A stretch of DNA of 62,399 nucleotides from an uncultured Thermoproteaceae archaeon (lineage in GTDB: Archaea > Thermoproteota > Thermoprotei > Thermoproteales > Thermocladiaceae): positions 1-62,399 of the forward strand of contig CAZNTG010000011.1 in the NCBI GenBank assembly GCA_964575955.1. Reading direction: 5' to 3'. A program made the translations under genes and the position numbers. How positions within the stretch are numbered: position 1 is the first letter of the stretch; each line of letters opens with the position of its first letter. The notes below the pieces were generated by a model that searched no databases, had not been told where the DNA came from, and saw only the letters and a list, made by a program, of their open reading frames with translations. Below are positions 61,126 to 62,399 of this stretch, piece by piece.

Positions 61126-62093
61126 CTCTCCCTACCTATTGCAGCTAGATAGGCATCTTCTAATGTTGATTCTGAAAGTTTTAAATCTAGAACATCTACA
61201 CTACCATTTCTCAATAATTCTATCAACCTATTCATAATATCTTCTCTCTTACCTTTTACATATATTATAATTCTATCATTGTTAGAATCTATTCTTATTG
61301 TATTTAATTCTCGCTGTATTTCTTGTATAACCTTACTATCAGGTTTTCTTAATTTTAATTCTATCTTTGTTGTTAATCCTAGCCTAATTTTTAATTCTTC
61401 TGGAGTACCTATAGCTATAACTCTACCCTTATCTATTATTGTTATGTAGTTTGAGATTGATTCTATCTCATGCATATTGTGACCTGTTATCAGTATTGTC
61501 TTACCTTCTCTAGATAATTTCATTAAAAGCTCTCTAATCATTCTAGCACTTTCAACATCTAATCCTAGTGTTGGTTCATCGAGGATAAGTATGTCAGGAT
61601 CTGTCATTAATGCCTTAGCTATAGATATCTTAGCACGCATACCTAGACTATACGTATAGTATGGTCTTCTATACGCAGTCTCATCAAGACCTACAAGTTC
61701 TAAAACTTCTTTAGCTCTCTTAGTAGCATCTCTCTTAGACATTCCCTTTAAAATTCCATAAAAGATCAAATTTTCCAAACCACTCATAGATTGATAAAAT
61801 CCCTTAGAAATATCAAGAACAACACCAATAATTTTTCTAACACTATCAGAATCTTTAACAACATCATAACCCTTAATTCTAGCAGTACCACTATCAGGTA
61901 GTATTATGGTAGACAAAATCTTAACTAGAGTAGTCTTACCAGCACCATTAGGACCTAGAAGTGCATGAATAGTGCAAGATTTAACATTAAAAGAAACTCC
62001 TCTCAAAGCCTCAACAACACGCCTCTTCCTAAAACCTTCACGCACAACATACCTCTTCCATACATTAATAACTTCAATACAATACTCAACCAT
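61122..62093 (-). CDS. ABC exporter ATP-binding subunit
   Basis: GPNGAGKTT, YSLGM, ILDEPT, TGH; start moved to ATG 62093 because the longer 5' extension runs into a C/D sRNA. Confidence 0.92.
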   Translation of the reverse strand: MVEYCIEVINVWKRYVVREGFRKRRVVEALRGVSFNVKSCTIHALLGPNGAGKTTLVKILSTIILPDSGTARIKGYDVVKDSDSVRKIIGVVLDISKGFYQSMSGLENLIFYGILKGMSKRDATKRAKEVLELVGLDETAYRRPYYTYSLGMRAKISIAKALMTDPDILILDEPTLGLDVESARMIRELLMKLSREGKTILITGHNMHEIESISNYITIIDKGRVIAIGTPEELKIRLGLTTKIELKLRKPDSKVIQEIQRELNTIRIDSNNDRIIIYVKGKREDIMNRLIELLRNGSVDVLDLKLSESTLEDAYLAAIGRES

Positions 62094-62123
62094 TATCACA
62101 ATATTGAAAATGACACTATTATT

Positions 62124-62180
62124 AAAATCAGACGCTGGCGGTTCAATCATCAATCATCTAAGGGTGCGTTCATCATACAC
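62124..62180 (-). ncRNA. Box C/D guide sRNA
   Basis: Minus strand: C ATGATGA (62176-70), guide ACGCACCCTTAG, D' ATGA, C' TTGATGA, guide TTGAACCGCCAGCGT, D CTGA (62131-28). Confidence 0.8.
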
Positions 62181-62287
62181 ATAAGCACTAAACAATTAAA
62201 CATTATAAAAACCAAATGGTAAGATAAATCCAGTATCAACACGATAAACAACTCTGAACAACAATAAGAAGCGTAAAATAAATATAT

Positions 62288-62399
62288 TTTTATTCATTTT
62301 ATTCATTTTATTCATTTTATTCATTTTATTCATTTTATTCATTTTATTCATTTTATTCATTTTATTCATTTTATTCATTTTATTCTTTTTATTTATTTT
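62288..62399. repeat. Tandem 9-bp repeat (TTTTATTCA), 10 perfect plus 2 degenerate copies, running to the window end
   Basis: Direct reading. Confidence 0.95.

Noticed and set aside
62094-62153. N-terminal extension MMIEPPASDF.. of the ABC ATPase
   Set aside because: Overlaps the C/D sRNA; ATG 62093 gives a normal ABC N-terminus
62196-62378. 60-aa MNK-repeat ORF
   Set aside because: Translation of the 9-bp tandem repeat; no independent coding evidence
62288-62399. Possible CRISPR array
   Set aside because: Contiguous 9-bp units with no spacers; no cas genes in the window

Overview
Chromosomal segment of a low-GC (roughly 30% by eye) hyperthermophilic crenarchaeon, most likely Thermoproteales-like. 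Evidence for this placement: a stand-alone 5S rRNA, isolated rps13 and atpB, aRF1 with NIKD, TrpA with TrpB2, and FBP aldolase/phosphatase. Most genes are housekeeping: tRNA/rRNA modification, trp, cobalamin, gluconeogenesis, UbiX/UbiD, GPN GTPase and an ABC-2 exporter. The window also holds a tetraether lipid synthase (Tes) flanked by two other radical SAM genes and a divergently split group-4 membrane-bound [NiFe]-hydrogenase cluster. Reading outside the ORF track reveals eight box C/D guide sRNAs (predicted targets include tRNA C56, the 16S anti-SD tail and the 16S central pseudoknot), a K-turn hairpin RNA and several unannotated microproteins. Other oddities are an apparently catalytically dead deoxyhypusine synthase paralog, a divergent TyrRS, a stand-alone C-terminal half of CobN, ATG-X-TAA minigenes at the 5' end of aRF1, and a SipW/TasA-like surface-fibre locus broken by one nonsense codon and two homopolymer frameshifts. 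No CRISPR array, tRNA gene or mobile element was recognised. All family calls are from motif recognition by eye, with no database search.
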